Shown here: piece by piece, positions 1-11,200 of the stretch | Position numbering within the stretch: the first letter of the stretch is position 1 | Layout: each line of letters opens with the position of its first letter | Assembly: GCA_965200965.1 (NCBI GenBank) | Contig: OZ241744.1 | Span: 1,888,001 to 1,952,000 of the forward strand | Source: an uncultured Candidatus Binatia bacterium | Lineage (GTDB): Bacteria; Desulfobacterota; Binatia; Bin18 | Length of the DNA: 64,000 nucleotides | Direction of reading: 5' to 3' | Program-made: the position numbers and the translations under genes | The notes under the pieces: generated by a model | What the model was told of the DNA's origin: nothing | Database searches by the model: none | Seen by the model: the letters and a program-made list of their open reading frames with translations, nothing else

Positions 1-107
1 CCGGCAGGCGGGGCGCTAGGCAGCAGGCCCAGCAGTCGGCTACGCCCGAGTTCCTGTTCACCGCACGGCCCAAGAGTCACATTGTGCATAGTCACCCCCG
101 GTAGCAC

Positions 108-968
108 TCATACCGGACCTTCCTTGTCTGTGTCAAGCGTCTGGAGGGGCCGGACGTTATCAGGGTGGGGAGCAGAGGGCGTTTTTTTCAGCTTTGCCGC
201 ACCAAGCCGGCCGAGCCGGACCAGCAGCCGGCCCGGCCCGGACAGAGCGTAACACCAGAAAATGCCGAACAGCATGAGGTGCGGCTGGGCAATCGTCACC
301 TGGATGCCGATAATGGACAGCAACAGCAACCAGAAAGGCTGACGGTGGCTGAGCTTGAGTTCCTTGAAACTGTAGTAGCGGATATTGCTGACCATCAGCC
401 CGGCCAGGACATAGACCAGCAGCAGCGGGGCCATATGCCTGGCAGTCCCCCCGCTGCCGCCCAGAAAATCGTCTAGCAGAACCGCGGTCGCTACCACCGC
501 CGCGGCGGCGGGAATCGGCAGGCCAATGAAATTGGCCTTGTCCACGGACTCGGACTTGACATTGAACCGGGCCAGCCGTAGCGCCCCACAGGTGACATAC
601 AGGGCCGCGGCCAGCCAGCCCCAGACCTGCCACGGCTCAAGCGCCCAGCAGTAGGCCAGGACGCCGGGTGCCACCCCGAAAGCGACCAAGTCGGCCAGCG
701 AGTCGTACTCAACGCCGAATTTGCTCGAGGTCTTGGTCAGCCGGGCGATGCGCCCATCGAGCACGTCAAAGACCAAGGCGATCAGCACCGCGGTTGCAGC
801 CAGCACATAGTTCTCGCCCAGCGTGGCGATAATGGCATAGAAGCCGCAGAACAGCCCGCCGGTGGTAAACAGGTTGGGCAGCAGATACACCCCTTTGCGC
901 AGCGGCGGGCCCATTTTGCGCCGCCGCGGCAGGGCGCGGATCTTTGTCCGGGGGTCCCCGGGGGTCAT
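108..968 (-). CDS. pssA: CDP-diacylglycerol--serine O-phosphatidyltransferase
   Basis: LLPNLFT start and CDP-alcohol phosphotransferase motif DVLDGRIARLTKTSSKFGVEYDSLADLVAFG; overlaps psd. Confidence 0.95.
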   Translation of the reverse strand: MTPGDPRTKIRALPRRRKMGPPLRKGVYLLPNLFTTGGLFCGFYAIIATLGENYVLAATAVLIALVFDVLDGRIARLTKTSSKFGVEYDSLADLVAFGVAPGVLAYCWALEPWQVWGWLAAALYVTCGALRLARFNVKSESVDKANFIGLPIPAAAAVVATAVLLDDFLGGSGGTARHMAPLLLVYVLAGLMVSNIRYYSFKELKLSHRQPFWLLLLSIIGIQVTIAQPHLMLFGIFWCYALSGPGRLLVRLGRLGAAKLKKTPSAPHPDNVRPLQTLDTDKEGPV

Positions 969-1633
969 GCCGTCTCGCTCCTCACCGTCTTGGCCAAGGC
1001 CGGGAGATAGGAGGCCAGAATCGTCTCGCCGGCCTTGACCCGCTGGCCGACCTCAACCCTGAGTTCGACCTGGGCCGGGCAGTACACATCGACCCGAGAG
1101 CCGAACATGATCATGCCATACCGTGCGCCCTGTTCCACCCGCTCGCCACCTCTCAGCCGACACACGATCCGGCGGGCCAGGACACCGGCAATCTGAACCA
1201 GGGCGATTCTGTTGCCCTGCTCGTCCTGGATGGTGACGACATTCTGCTCGTTGACCCGGCTCGCCGCCTCGGCAAAGGCCGGGCGGAATTTTCCGGACTG
1301 ATGGCGGACCGCCTCAATCTGACCGGACACCGACAGCCGATTCACATGCACATCAAGGGGCGACATGAAAATACCCACCCGGGTGGTCGGGGCCTGCAAA
1401 AAACGGGTATCGTGACACGGTTGTTCAATGGTCACGACCCGGCCGTCGGCCGGTGCCAGGATGAGGTGTCGGCCCTCGGGCGATGTGCGGTCCGGGTCAC
1501 GAAAGAAATAGGCCACAAACAGGCACAGGAAGAAGACGCCGAGGCTGGGGGTCTGAAAATTGAACAGGCCAAGGATGAGCGACATCGTGCCGAGGCCGAA
1601 TATCCAGGGATATCCCTGTGGTGCGAAGTGCAT
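965..1633 (-). CDS. psd: Phosphatidylserine decarboxylase proenzyme
   Basis: FFRDPDR, APADGRV, IFMSPLDVHVNR motifs and FGSRVD self-cleavage site. Confidence 0.95.
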   Translation of the reverse strand: MHFAPQGYPWIFGLGTMSLILGLFNFQTPSLGVFFLCLFVAYFFRDPDRTSPEGRHLILAPADGRVVTIEQPCHDTRFLQAPTTRVGIFMSPLDVHVNRLSVSGQIEAVRHQSGKFRPAFAEAASRVNEQNVVTIQDEQGNRIALVQIAGVLARRIVCRLRGGERVEQGARYGMIMFGSRVDVYCPAQVELRVEVGQRVKAGETILASYLPALAKTVRSETA

Positions 1634-1663
1634 GGGTGGGGCAGGGCGCTTCCCGCCGCACGC

Positions 1664-2680
1664 CTAATTGCGCGCCTTATCGACCAGACGGTTCTGCTGC
1701 ATCCACGGCATCATGCCCCGCAGATGGGCACCGACCACTTCGGATTGGTGGCCTTTGGCCGCCTCCCGCAGCGCGTTGAAGTTGGGCGAGCCGGCGCGGT
1801 GCTCGGCGATCCATTCGTCGGCAAATCTGCCGGACTGGATATCGGCCAGAATCGCCTTCATGGCCGCGCGCGTCTCTTCGCCGATGACCCGCTTGCCACG
1901 CGTCATGTCCCCGTATTCGGCGGTGTTGCTGACCGAGTAGCGCATATTGCCGATGCCGCCCTCGTAGACCAGATCGACGATCAGCTTCATCTCGTGTATG
2001 CACTCAAAGAAGGCCATCTCCGGGGCATAGCCGGCCTCGACCAGCGTCTCAAAACCGGCCCGCATGAGTTCGGTCACGCCGCCGCATAACACGGTCTGTT
2101 CGCCGAACAGGTCGGTCTCGGTCTCTTCTTTGAACGAGGTCTCCAGAATCGCCGCCCGGCCGCCGCCAATGGCCGAGGCGTAGGCCAGGGCAATATCTTT
2201 GGTCGTGCCCGACGGGTCCTGGGCAATGGCGATCAGGCAGGGCACGCCCTGGCCCTTTTCAAACTCGCTGCGCAGCAAATGGCCCGGCCCCTTGGGCGCG
2301 ACCATGAAGATGTTCACATCGGCCGGCGGAACAATTTTCTTGAAGTGGATGTTGAAGCCGTGAGCGCAGGCCAGGCAGCTGCCCGGCCGCAGCCCGGCTT
2401 TGATATCGGTCGCATACATTTCGCTGGCGACCTCATCCGGAGTCAGGATCATGATGATGTCGGCCTCTTTGGCCGCCTGGACAACTTCCTGGACCAGAAA
2501 ACCGGCGTTTTCGGCCTTGGACCACGAACCGCTGCCCGGCTTCAGAGCGATCCTGACATCCATGCCGCTGTCACGCAGATTGAGGGCGTGGGCGTGGCCC
2601 TGGCTGCCGTAGCCGACAATCGCGATGGTCTTGTCTTTGAGCAGGGCTGGGTCGGCGTCTCTATCGTAGTAGATGTTCAT
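1664..2680 (-). CDS. ilvC: Ketol-acid reductoisomerase
   Basis: [34 protein letters not shown] motifs. Confidence 0.98.
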   Translation of the reverse strand: MNIYYDRDADPALLKDKTIAIVGYGSQGHAHALNLRDSGMDVRIALKPGSGSWSKAENAGFLVQEVVQAAKEADIIMILTPDEVASEMYATDIKAGLRPGSCLACAHGFNIHFKKIVPPADVNIFMVAPKGPGHLLRSEFEKGQGVPCLIAIAQDPSGTTKDIALAYASAIGGGRAAILETSFKEETETDLFGEQTVLCGGVTELMRAGFETLVEAGYAPEMAFFECIHEMKLIVDLVYEGGIGNMRYSVSNTAEYGDMTRGKRVIGEETRAAMKAILADIQSGRFADEWIAEHRAGSPNFNALREAAKGHQSEVVGAHLRGMMPWMQQNRLVDKARN

Positions 2681-3228
2681 GCTGCCTTCTCCTTGTGGAT
2701 TTTTCTCTTGCTGAGTTCAAGCGTCTCGCTCCCGTTTGCGGCCGATAGCACTTGCACGCCGCGCTGGATGGCAACCTTGCCGGTGCGGACCACTTCGCGG
2801 ACGCCGAGCGGTCTGAGCAGTTCCAGGATGGCCGCAATTTTGCCCTCATCGCCGGTCACTTCAATGACATAGGAGCGCGGACCCGCGTCAACGACCTTGG
2901 CCCGAAAGATATTGGCAATGTTGAGCACCTCGCCGCGCGCCGGCTCATCCGGGGCCACCTTGATGAGCGCCATCTCGCGCTCGACATGTGGGCTGTCCTG
3001 AAAATCGACCACCTTGATGACGCAGATCAACTTGTGGAGTTGCTTGGTGATCTGCTCAACAATCTGATCGTCGCCGTCAGTCACCAGGGTAATCCTGGAG
3101 ACGCTATCATCGGTCGTCTCGGCAACGCACAGACTGCTGATATTGAAGTTCCGGCCGCTGAACAGGCCGGCCACCCGGGCCAGGACACCGGCTTCGTTTT
3201 CGACAAGGATAGAGATAGTGTGGCGCAT
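2677..3228 (-). CDS. ilvN: Acetolactate synthase small (regulatory) subunit
   Basis: [33 protein letters not shown] domain; start trimmed to ATG at 3228. Confidence 0.95.
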   Translation of the reverse strand: MRHTISILVENEAGVLARVAGLFSGRNFNISSLCVAETTDDSVSRITLVTDGDDQIVEQITKQLHKLICVIKVVDFQDSPHVEREMALIKVAPDEPARGEVLNIANIFRAKVVDAGPRSYVIEVTGDEGKIAAILELLRPLGVREVVRTGKVAIQRGVQVLSAANGSETLELSKRKIHKEKAA

Positions 3229-3316
3229 GGAGTTTTCAGCGTGCGGGACGCCGCAAAAGTGAAGGGGGACTGTGGCCGCCCTCCTCGGACACAACTCAGG
3301 TGTAATAGGGACGCTT

Positions 3317-3550
3317 TCAGGCTGCGGTCCGTTGTCGATGGCGGGCCAGAATCTGCATGATGCGGTCTTTGCCAGCGAGTTTCTGTTTTTGAATGCGTTT
3401 CTCCTCAAGCTCCTCCTCGGCGGTCAGGTGGGACTGTTGGCGGAGCAACTCAAGGCGCTGCTTGAGTTGCTGGTGTTCTTCGTGGCATTGCCGCAACTCG
3501 GGATCGGTATCGATCAACGAGCGAATCAACTCTTCTTCTTTGACTTCCAT
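3317..3550 (-). CDS. DUF465/YdcH family small coiled-coil protein
   Basis: EEHQQL...EKRIQKQKLAGKDRIMQIL pattern; usual position ahead of ilv genes. Confidence 0.8.
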   Translation of the reverse strand: MEVKEEELIRSLIDTDPELRQCHEEHQQLKQRLELLRQQSHLTAEEELEEKRIQKQKLAGKDRIMQILARHRQRTAA

Positions 3551-3621
3551 GCTGACCCTCCTGCTTGGACAATGTTCCAACCGTAGTACAGGCGGACTTG
3601 GCTTGTCAATGTCACGCCCGG

Positions 3622-5697
3622 CTATTCTTCCTGGGTCCGCTTGGACTCCTGGATGATCTTGTCGGTCAGGTGGTGGGGAAGTTCTTCGTAGTGCGAAAAC
3701 GCCATCTCAAAAGTCCCCCGGCCGCTGGTCATTGAGCGCAGGTCGGGCGCGTAGGACAGAATCTCGGCCATTGGCACCGCGACCTGGATGATCTGACTGT
3801 TGCTCTTGGCGTCCACATTGTTCAGCCGGCCCCGGCGGCGGTTCAGGTCGCCCGTAATGTCGCCGGTATACTCTTCAGGGACGGTGATCTCCATTTGCAT
3901 GATCGGTTCCAGAATAACCGGCTTGGCCTTTTCGAGAGCGTTCTGGATGCCGATTGAGGCGGCGATCTGAAAGGCCATATCGGACGAGTCCACATCGTGG
4001 TAGGAACCGTCGTACAGCGTAACCCTGACATCGACGATGGGATAGTTGGCCAGAAAGCCTTTGGCCAGGGCACCAACCGCCCCTTTTTGAACCGACGGGA
4101 TATACTGGCGCGGGATCGCGCCACCGCGAATCTGATCGACAAACTCAAAGCCGGCCCCGCGCGGCAGGGGTTCGAGCTTGATCCAGGTGTCGCCAAACTG
4201 CCCGCGTCCGCCCGACTGTTTCTTCAGCCGGCCCTGGGCCTCGGCCGTCCCGCTGATGGTTTCGCGGTAGGGCACTTTGGGGGCTTTCAACTCGACCTCG
4301 ACCCCGTAGCGCCGCTTGAGCTTCTCCACCACGACCTCTATGTGGAGCTGGCCGGCACCGGAAATCAGAATATCGTTCGACTGGCTGTCGCGGCTGACTT
4401 TGAGGGCCATGTCTTCCTCGGCCAGGCGGTTGAGGGACGACAGAATCTTTTCTTCGTCGCCACGGGCTTTGAGACCCAGCGCAAAAGAGATCGAGGGGGA
4501 AAACTCCGGCATCGGCGGGAGTGCAACCGGCGCTTTCTCGTCGCACAGGGTATCCCCGGTGCGGGTCTCCTTGAGTTTGGCCACCGCAACCACCTCACCC
4601 GGCAGGGCCGAGGCCACTGGCTGTTGTTTTTTGCCGTCCAGCCGAAACAGCTGCCCGAGCCGCTCCCTGGCGTCGCGGCTCGAATTATACACCACCGAGT
4701 CACCGGCGAGTGTGCCCGAACACACCCGCATCAGCGACAAGCGGCCGGTCGGGGAGTCAAGCGTCTTGAACACCCGGGCCGAAAACGAAGCGGCCGGGTC
4801 GGGCAACCGCTCCTTGTCTTCCTGGCTTTTGGGGTGTTTGCCGACCGCCGCCGGCGTCCGCTCGGGCGAGGGCAGATAGTCAACCAGAGCGTTGAGCAAG
4901 GGCCGGACGCCGGCGCACAGGCCACCCGACACGCACAGCACCGGGAAGAGCTGGGCCGCGGCAACGGCCTTGCTCAAGCCGGCCTTGAGTTCGTCGGGGG
5001 CGATATCCTCACCTTCGAGGTAGCGGTTGAGCAAATCGTCGTCGAGTTCGGCAATTGCCTCAACGAGCTGTTCACGCCGGGTGTCGGCATCAGCCTGGAG
5101 ATCGTCGGGGATGTCGCCTTCTTCAACTGCCCCATTATCCCCGCTGAACATGAGCGCCTTCATCGTCAGCAGGTCTACCACGCCTCTGAAGTCGGCCCGG
5201 GAGCCGACCGGGATCTGGACCGGCACAAACTGGCCGTCGAGGGTATCGCGGAGTCCATCGAGAGCGGTATCGAGACCGCCCTCTTCACGGTCCATCCGCG
5301 ACAGACACACCACCCGCGGCAACTGTAACAGCTTGGCCCAGCCCCACACCCGTTCGCTCTCGACCTTGAACTGACCGGTCGGACTGGCCACAAACACCGC
5401 CCCGGTCATGGCTTCCATGGCGTAACGCGTATCGGACAGAAAATTGGCCAGACCAGGCGGATCAAGCAGGCAGATATCGTGGCGCTGCCAGCGTATGGAA
5501 TAGGAAGCGGTGGACAGCGAGGCTTTGCGTCGGACCTCCTCGGGTTCAAAATCAAACACCGAGTTGCCGTCATCAACCCGGCCCTGGCGGGTCGTGGCCC
5601 CCGCGGCGTACAGCAGTGCTTCGGCCAGGGTTGTTTTCCCCGCTCCCCCCTCAGCCAAGAGACCAATAGTACGAATACGGCGGATGTCATCAGCCAT
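3622..5697 (-). CDS. fusA: Elongation factor G paralog (EF-G2/EF-G-like)
   Basis: 691 aa; KKQSGGRGQFG, GSYHDVDSS, LRSMTSGRG; degenerate G-motifs; not in an rpsL-rpsG operon. Confidence 0.9.
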   Translation of the reverse strand: MADDIRRIRTIGLLAEGGAGKTTLAEALLYAAGATTRQGRVDDGNSVFDFEPEEVRRKASLSTASYSIRWQRHDICLLDPPGLANFLSDTRYAMEAMTGAVFVASPTGQFKVESERVWGWAKLLQLPRVVCLSRMDREEGGLDTALDGLRDTLDGQFVPVQIPVGSRADFRGVVDLLTMKALMFSGDNGAVEEGDIPDDLQADADTRREQLVEAIAELDDDLLNRYLEGEDIAPDELKAGLSKAVAAAQLFPVLCVSGGLCAGVRPLLNALVDYLPSPERTPAAVGKHPKSQEDKERLPDPAASFSARVFKTLDSPTGRLSLMRVCSGTLAGDSVVYNSSRDARERLGQLFRLDGKKQQPVASALPGEVVAVAKLKETRTGDTLCDEKAPVALPPMPEFSPSISFALGLKARGDEEKILSSLNRLAEEDMALKVSRDSQSNDILISGAGQLHIEVVVEKLKRRYGVEVELKAPKVPYRETISGTAEAQGRLKKQSGGRGQFGDTWIKLEPLPRGAGFEFVDQIRGGAIPRQYIPSVQKGAVGALAKGFLANYPIVDVRVTLYDGSYHDVDSSDMAFQIAASIGIQNALEKAKPVILEPIMQMEITVPEEYTGDITGDLNRRRGRLNNVDAKSNSQIIQVAVPMAEILSYAPDLRSMTSGRGTFEMAFSHYEELPHHLTDKIIQESKRTQEE

Positions 5698-5747
5698 CGG
5701 AGCCCTCCTGTGTCTGGCAGGCGGGGCGGCGCACGGGTCGCCCCGGG

Positions 5748-6512
5748 TCAGTGATTGCGTTCATACAAAATGCGCAGCCCATCAAGGGTCAGGAACTCGT
5801 CTATTGCTTCGATGGTCGTTGACTCGCCGGCGATCAACTCGGCGAATCCCCCGGTGGCAATCACCCGGGCGCGGCCGGCGTTCTCTTTGCGAATCCGGTC
5901 TACCATGCCATCAATGAGCGCGGTATATCCATAACAAATGCCCGACTGGATTGCATGTACTGTGTTGCGGCCAACCGCTTTGGGGGGCTTGATCAACTCC
6001 ACCCGGTACAGCTTGGCCGTCCTGGTATACAGGGCTTCGAGCGAAATGCCGATACCAGGCACAATCGCTCCGCCGAGGTACTTGCCGTCGGCGGTCACAT
6101 AGTCAAACGTCGTTGCCGTGCCAAAATCCACCACAATTGTGGCCTCGCGATAGCGCTCATAGGCGGCCACGGCGTTCACAATCCGGTCGGCTCCGACCTC
6201 GCGCGGCACGTCATACAGGATCGGCATTCCGGTTTTGGTACCGGGCCCGATAACCAGCGGAGCGCGCTGAAAGAGAGAGTGGGTCAGGTCTTCGACAACC
6301 CGTATCATCGGCGGTACCACGCACGACACGGCAATGCCCTCAATCGCCCCAGAAGCGATGTCAGAGGCCGCAAAAAGGCTGCTCAGCACCACGCCGTACT
6401 CATCCGAGGTGCGGCCTGAATCGGTTGTCAGACGCCAATGGTGGCTCAGCCTTGTGTCCTGATAGAGGCCAAGCACGGTATGGGTATTGCCCACATCAAT
6501 CACGAGGATCAT
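5748..6512 (-). CDS. coaX: Type III pantothenate kinase
   Basis: IDVGNTHT, VGADRIVN, VDFGTATTFD motifs. Confidence 0.95.
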   Translation of the reverse strand: MILVIDVGNTHTVLGLYQDTRLSHHWRLTTDSGRTSDEYGVVLSSLFAASDIASGAIEGIAVSCVVPPMIRVVEDLTHSLFQRAPLVIGPGTKTGMPILYDVPREVGADRIVNAVAAYERYREATIVVDFGTATTFDYVTADGKYLGGAIVPGIGISLEALYTRTAKLYRVELIKPPKAVGRNTVHAIQSGICYGYTALIDGMVDRIRKENAGRARVIATGGFAELIAGESTTIEAIDEFLTLDGLRILYERNH

Positions 6513-7335
6513 GGTCTGTACCGCCCTTCCGATACCCGCCGAGCACACTCACCTCACCCACCAGAATCCGCCGCGGCGTCTCGCTTGTTCGCTCCCGCAC
6601 CAATAAGGCCCCATCGCTATCGAGGCCCAACACCGTGCCGAAGATCGCCTCGCCTTGGGCGGCCACGGCGATCTGTTGGCCGATCAGCGCCCCGGCATAC
6701 CGCTCCCAGTTCGCCCGCAGGGCCGGGAACCCTTTTTGTAACCAAAGAAGATAGGCGCGCTCAAGGTGGGTCAGCAGGCTGGCGGTGAACGCGGCACGCT
6801 CAACCGGCCGGCCAGCCAGCAACAACAGCGAGGAGGCTTTCTCTCGCAGCTCTTCGGGAAAGGCGTCTCGCCGGGCGTTGAGATTCACCCCAATGCCAAG
6901 AACAATGGCCTGCAAGCGATCTCCGCTGGTCTGCATCTCGGCCAGAATGCCGCAGACCTTTTTGCCCATGAGCAACACATCGTTGGGCCATTTGATGGCC
7001 GGCCGCAGGTCACCCAGCCCGGCAATCGTATCGGCCACCGCCACCGCGGCCACCAGATTGATCTGGGGAGCTAGGCCGACGGCAATACGGGGCCGAAGAA
7101 TGACAGAGCAGTACAGGTTCACCCCGGCCGGCGAGACCCAAGTGCGGCCCAGACGGCCCCGGCCGCCGGTCTGCGCATCGGCAACCACCACTGTCCCCTG
7201 GCCGGCCCCCTCGCCGGCCAGCCGCAGGGCGCAGGTATTGGTGGAGTCGAGCGTCTCAAAAAAATGGAGCGGTTTGCCAAGAAGACGTGTCTTGAGTTGG
7301 CTCCCGACGGCAACACTAAAGTCCCGGTCAGACAT
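6496..7335 (-). CDS. birA: Biotin--[acetyl-CoA-carboxylase] ligase (no N-terminal HTH)
   Basis: DSTN, QTGGRGRLGRTW, KWPND, KVCGIL motifs. Confidence 0.93.
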   Translation of the reverse strand: MSDRDFSVAVGSQLKTRLLGKPLHFFETLDSTNTCALRLAGEGAGQGTVVVADAQTGGRGRLGRTWVSPAGVNLYCSVILRPRIAVGLAPQINLVAAVAVADTIAGLGDLRPAIKWPNDVLLMGKKVCGILAEMQTSGDRLQAIVLGIGVNLNARRDAFPEELREKASSLLLLAGRPVERAAFTASLLTHLERAYLLWLQKGFPALRANWERYAGALIGQQIAVAAQGEAIFGTVLGLDSDGALLVRERTSETPRRILVGEVSVLGGYRKGGTDHDPRD

Positions 7336-8209
7336 GGGTGACGGCTCCTGGCTGGGGGCCCCAGGTCTGGGGCAACATCTCCATGCTCAGGTCAACGGCC
7401 GGAGCGGAATGGGTCAGTGCGCCGACCGAGATGAAATCCACCCCGGTCTGGGCGACCTCCCGCACCCGCTCCAGGCACATATTGCCCGAGGCTTCGGTCA
7501 GGGCCCGGCCCTGCACAAGCTGCACCGCGGCCCACATGTCTCGGGTCGTCATATTGTCCAGCAGCAGGATATCGGCCTTGGCTTCAAGCGCTTCGCCGAC
7601 CTGGTCAAGGCTGGCGCATTCGACCTCAATCCGCAGCAGGGCCGAGGCGTGGTGTCTGGCCCGGCGGACCGCGGCCCTCACCCCACCGCACACGCTGATG
7701 TGGTTGTCTTTAATCAACACCCCGTCGTCCAAGCCCATCCGGTGGTTTGTCCCCCCTCCCTGGGTCACAGCGTATTTGTCCAGCAGGCGAAATCCCGGCA
7801 GGGTCTTGCGCGTGTCAATGATCGTACACGAGGTACCGGCGACCGCCTCGACAAACCGCCGGGTCAGGGTAGCAACGCCGCACATATGCTGGAGGAAATT
7901 CAGCACTGTGCGCTCGGCAATCAATAGGCCGGCCGCCCTGCCCCACACCTCAGCTACCACATCGCCGGTGTGGACCGGCGTGCCTTCGTCAACGCGCAGG
8001 GCAACCGTGGCGGTGGGGTCAACCGCACGCAACACCCGCTCAATCAGGGGCAGACCGGCAACCGTGAGCGGCGCTTTGGCAGTGATTTTCCCTGCGGCCG
8101 CCCGGTCGGCCGGAAGAGTCGCCAGGGTGGTCACATCGCCCCGTCCGAGGTCTTCCTCAAGGGCGGTGGAGATCAGACGGGTGACAGCCGGATGATCAAA
8201 GGGGGTCAT
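7328..8209 (-). CDS. nadC: Nicotinate-nucleotide diphosphorylase (carboxylating)
   Basis: EDLGRGDVTT, DTRKTLPG, HRMGLDD, LIKDNH, ISVGALTHS. Confidence 0.96.
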   Translation of the reverse strand: MTPFDHPAVTRLISTALEEDLGRGDVTTLATLPADRAAAGKITAKAPLTVAGLPLIERVLRAVDPTATVALRVDEGTPVHTGDVVAEVWGRAAGLLIAERTVLNFLQHMCGVATLTRRFVEAVAGTSCTIIDTRKTLPGFRLLDKYAVTQGGGTNHRMGLDDGVLIKDNHISVCGGVRAAVRRARHHASALLRIEVECASLDQVGEALEAKADILLLDNMTTRDMWAAVQLVQGRALTEASGNMCLERVREVAQTGVDFISVGALTHSAPAVDLSMEMLPQTWGPQPGAVTHV

Positions 8210-11200
8210 GCGTGTTCTCCCAGCGCGTTCAGATTGGCATTCAGACTTGCCAGCTGCGACTCCATATCGGCCAGCCGGACGCGTTCTTTGGCCACTACCT
8301 CGGGCTTGGCACGGGAGACAAACTTCTCGTTGGCCAGTTTCTTGCGCGTGCCCTCAAGCGTAGCACTCAGTTTCCTGATCTGGCCGGCCAGCCGGGCGCG
8401 TTCTTTCTCAACATCAACCACCCCCGGCACATAGACCTCGACCTCGCCCAGCACCGCGCTTGCTGCATCAGGTGTTCGCTCAACATCTGGACCAATCTGG
8501 AGGGACTCGACACCCGCCAGGGAACGCAGGTGGGCCGCCCCGGCGCGGAGAATGCGGGCGGGCGCGGTGTCCGCCGCATTGACCTTGATCCGCACCGTAA
8601 GGGTTTGCCGGGGCGCAACCGTGTACTGGCTGCGAATATCACGGACGGCACGGACCGCCTCGCGCAAGAAGTCAAACTCGCCTTCCAAGCGTTCATCCCG
8701 CCAGTCCTGCCGGACGCGGGGCCACGCCGCCCGGGCCAGCAGGCGGGGCGGCGGCAGGGCCCGGTCAATCCCCCGGTGCAGCGTCTGTTCGTTCAGCCGC
8801 TGCCACAGAAACTCGGTCACAAACGGAATGAACGGGTGCAGCAGGCGCAGGACCTGATCGAGGGCAAAGGCCAGGACTTGGCGGGCCGTATCGGCCTCCC
8901 CGGCCCGGCGCAGGCGGAGTTTGATCATCTCGACATACCAGTCGCACAGCTCGGACCAGAAAAACTCGCGGGCGGCCGTAATGGCCGCGGCCGGATTATA
9001 CGCGCCAAGCTGGGCCTGCACCTCAGCAGTCACCTGCGACAGCCGTGACAGTATCCAGCGATCCTCAAGTGCCAGGTCTGCGCCACCCAGCGGCCGAAAC
9101 GCCGCCCCCTCCAGGTTGAGCAGCGCAAACCGGGTCGCATTCCACACCTTGTTACAAAAGTTGCGGCCGACCTCAAAACGCTCACTGAACAGTTTTGCCG
9201 CGGGGATGTCCGGCATCGTGCCCAGCACGTCAAACTCTTTGCCGGTCTCAGGACACAGATAGGTGAAGATCGTCCGGCCGTGTCTGGCCTTGGCCAAGTC
9301 GACCGGCTTGCCGGTATACGGCGACAGGGCTTGGACCGGCAGCCGGATGTCCTGCGAGCCGGTCTGCATTTCACACAGCACATAGCGCATGGCGTCGCAG
9401 CCGTAGCGGTCAATGATATCCACCGGGTCAATGCCGTTACCCTTGGATTTGCTCATCCGCTCACCCTTGCCGTCCAGAATCGTGGCGTGGATAAAAACGT
9501 CGGTAAACGGCACATCGCCCAGGTTGTACAGCCCCATGATGACCATCCGGGCCACCCACAGGGTGATGATATCGCGCCCGGTCACCAGGCAACTGCCAGG
9601 GTAGTAAAAAGACAGACAGTCGGCACCGCCGTCACGCTGACCCAAGGGGGTCTGACCGGGCTCGACCGCGGCGGTGTCCGGGTCGGGCCAGCCCAGTGTG
9701 CTGTGGGGCCACAGGCCGCTGGAAAACCAGGTGTCGAGCACATCGGGGTCGCGGGTAAAGCCGGCCGCTTCGAGTTCCTGGACCAGCGCTTCCTGGCCGG
9801 GCGGCTCGCGCAGACACACCAGCAGTTGGACCTGCTCGTCCTCGGCCCAGGGCCGGGCGGCTCCCGGCCGGACCAGCTCGCTCGCTCCGTCGGCGTACAG
9901 CAGGCGCGCGGCCAAGTCCGCGCGGCCAAGATAGGCTTCGAGCCAAGTCAGGCTGTCGGCCACAGTCCGGCCACTCAGGCGGGCCGTCCAGATTGGAATG
10001 CGGTGCCCCCACCACAACTGGCGGCTGATACACCAGTCGCGTTTTTCGGCCAGCCAAGTGAGGTAGGTAGTACGATAACGCGCATCTGGATGAAACGAGA
10101 CCCGCCGTCCGGACGGCGAGCGCCATGTTGCAGGTGAGACCTGGGCCGCGTCAATTGCGGCTTGGGCCAGCCCCGGGGCGGTGAAGGCTTTGTCTGTGCC
10201 GCGTCCGCACACCACCCCGCCCTCAATATCGCCCGTGCGGACAAACCACTGCTCAGACAGATAGGGCTCAATCGGGGTCTTGGACCGGTCGGAATGGCCG
10301 ATTTCGGTTGCGCGGTCTTCAACCCGCTCCAACAAGCCCTGCGCTTCCAGGTCGGCAACAATTCTGTCGCGGGCGGCAAAGCGGTCAAGCCCCTGATAGG
10401 GACCGGTCTTGTCATTCAGCGAGCCGTCCGGATTCAAAATGTTTATCAGACCAATCGTCTCGCTATGGCGCGTCCACACCTCATAGTCGTTCGGGTCGTG
10501 GGCGGGGGTAATTTTGACACAACCACTGCCCAACTCGGGTTTTGCCCATTCGTCGCACAGGAGCGGAATCGGACGGTCAAGGAGCGGCAGACAGACCATG
10601 CGACCCGCCTCGGCCATGACGGTCAGCCGCTCCAGCAGCGGAAGATGGATCTGGCGGTGATGAACGAGCCGGGCCAACTCGGTTTCGAGTTCGGCCCGCT
10701 CCTTGTGACCAGCCGCGGCTAAGCGGGCCTGTGTCCTGGCGATGTGTCGGTCAAGCGCGCCGCGCGGGTCGGGGTGACACGCCACTGCGGTATCGCCCAG
10801 CATGGTTTCGGGGCGGGTGGTGGCCACCACAAGGTGCTCCGGCTCGCCCGGCCGGGGGTCAATGATCGAATAGCGCAAGTGCCAGAAGTGGCCCTGGACG
10901 GTCTCATACACAATCTCATCATCGGCCACCGCGGTCTGGAGATGGCAGTCCCAGTTGACCAGGCGCGTGCCCCGAAAAATCAGGCCGTCCTGAAACAGCC
11001 GAAAAAAGGTCCAGGACACGGCCCGGGCGCAAACCGGGTCCATGGTAAACCGCTGCCGGTCCCAGTCACACGAGCAGCCCATAGCCTGCTGCTGGGCCAC
11101 AATGCGGGCCTGGTACTGCTCTTTCCAGTCCCAGATTCTTGCCACCAGAGCCTCTCGGCCGATATCGTGGCGGGTTTTTCCTTCCAGCTCCAACAGCCGC

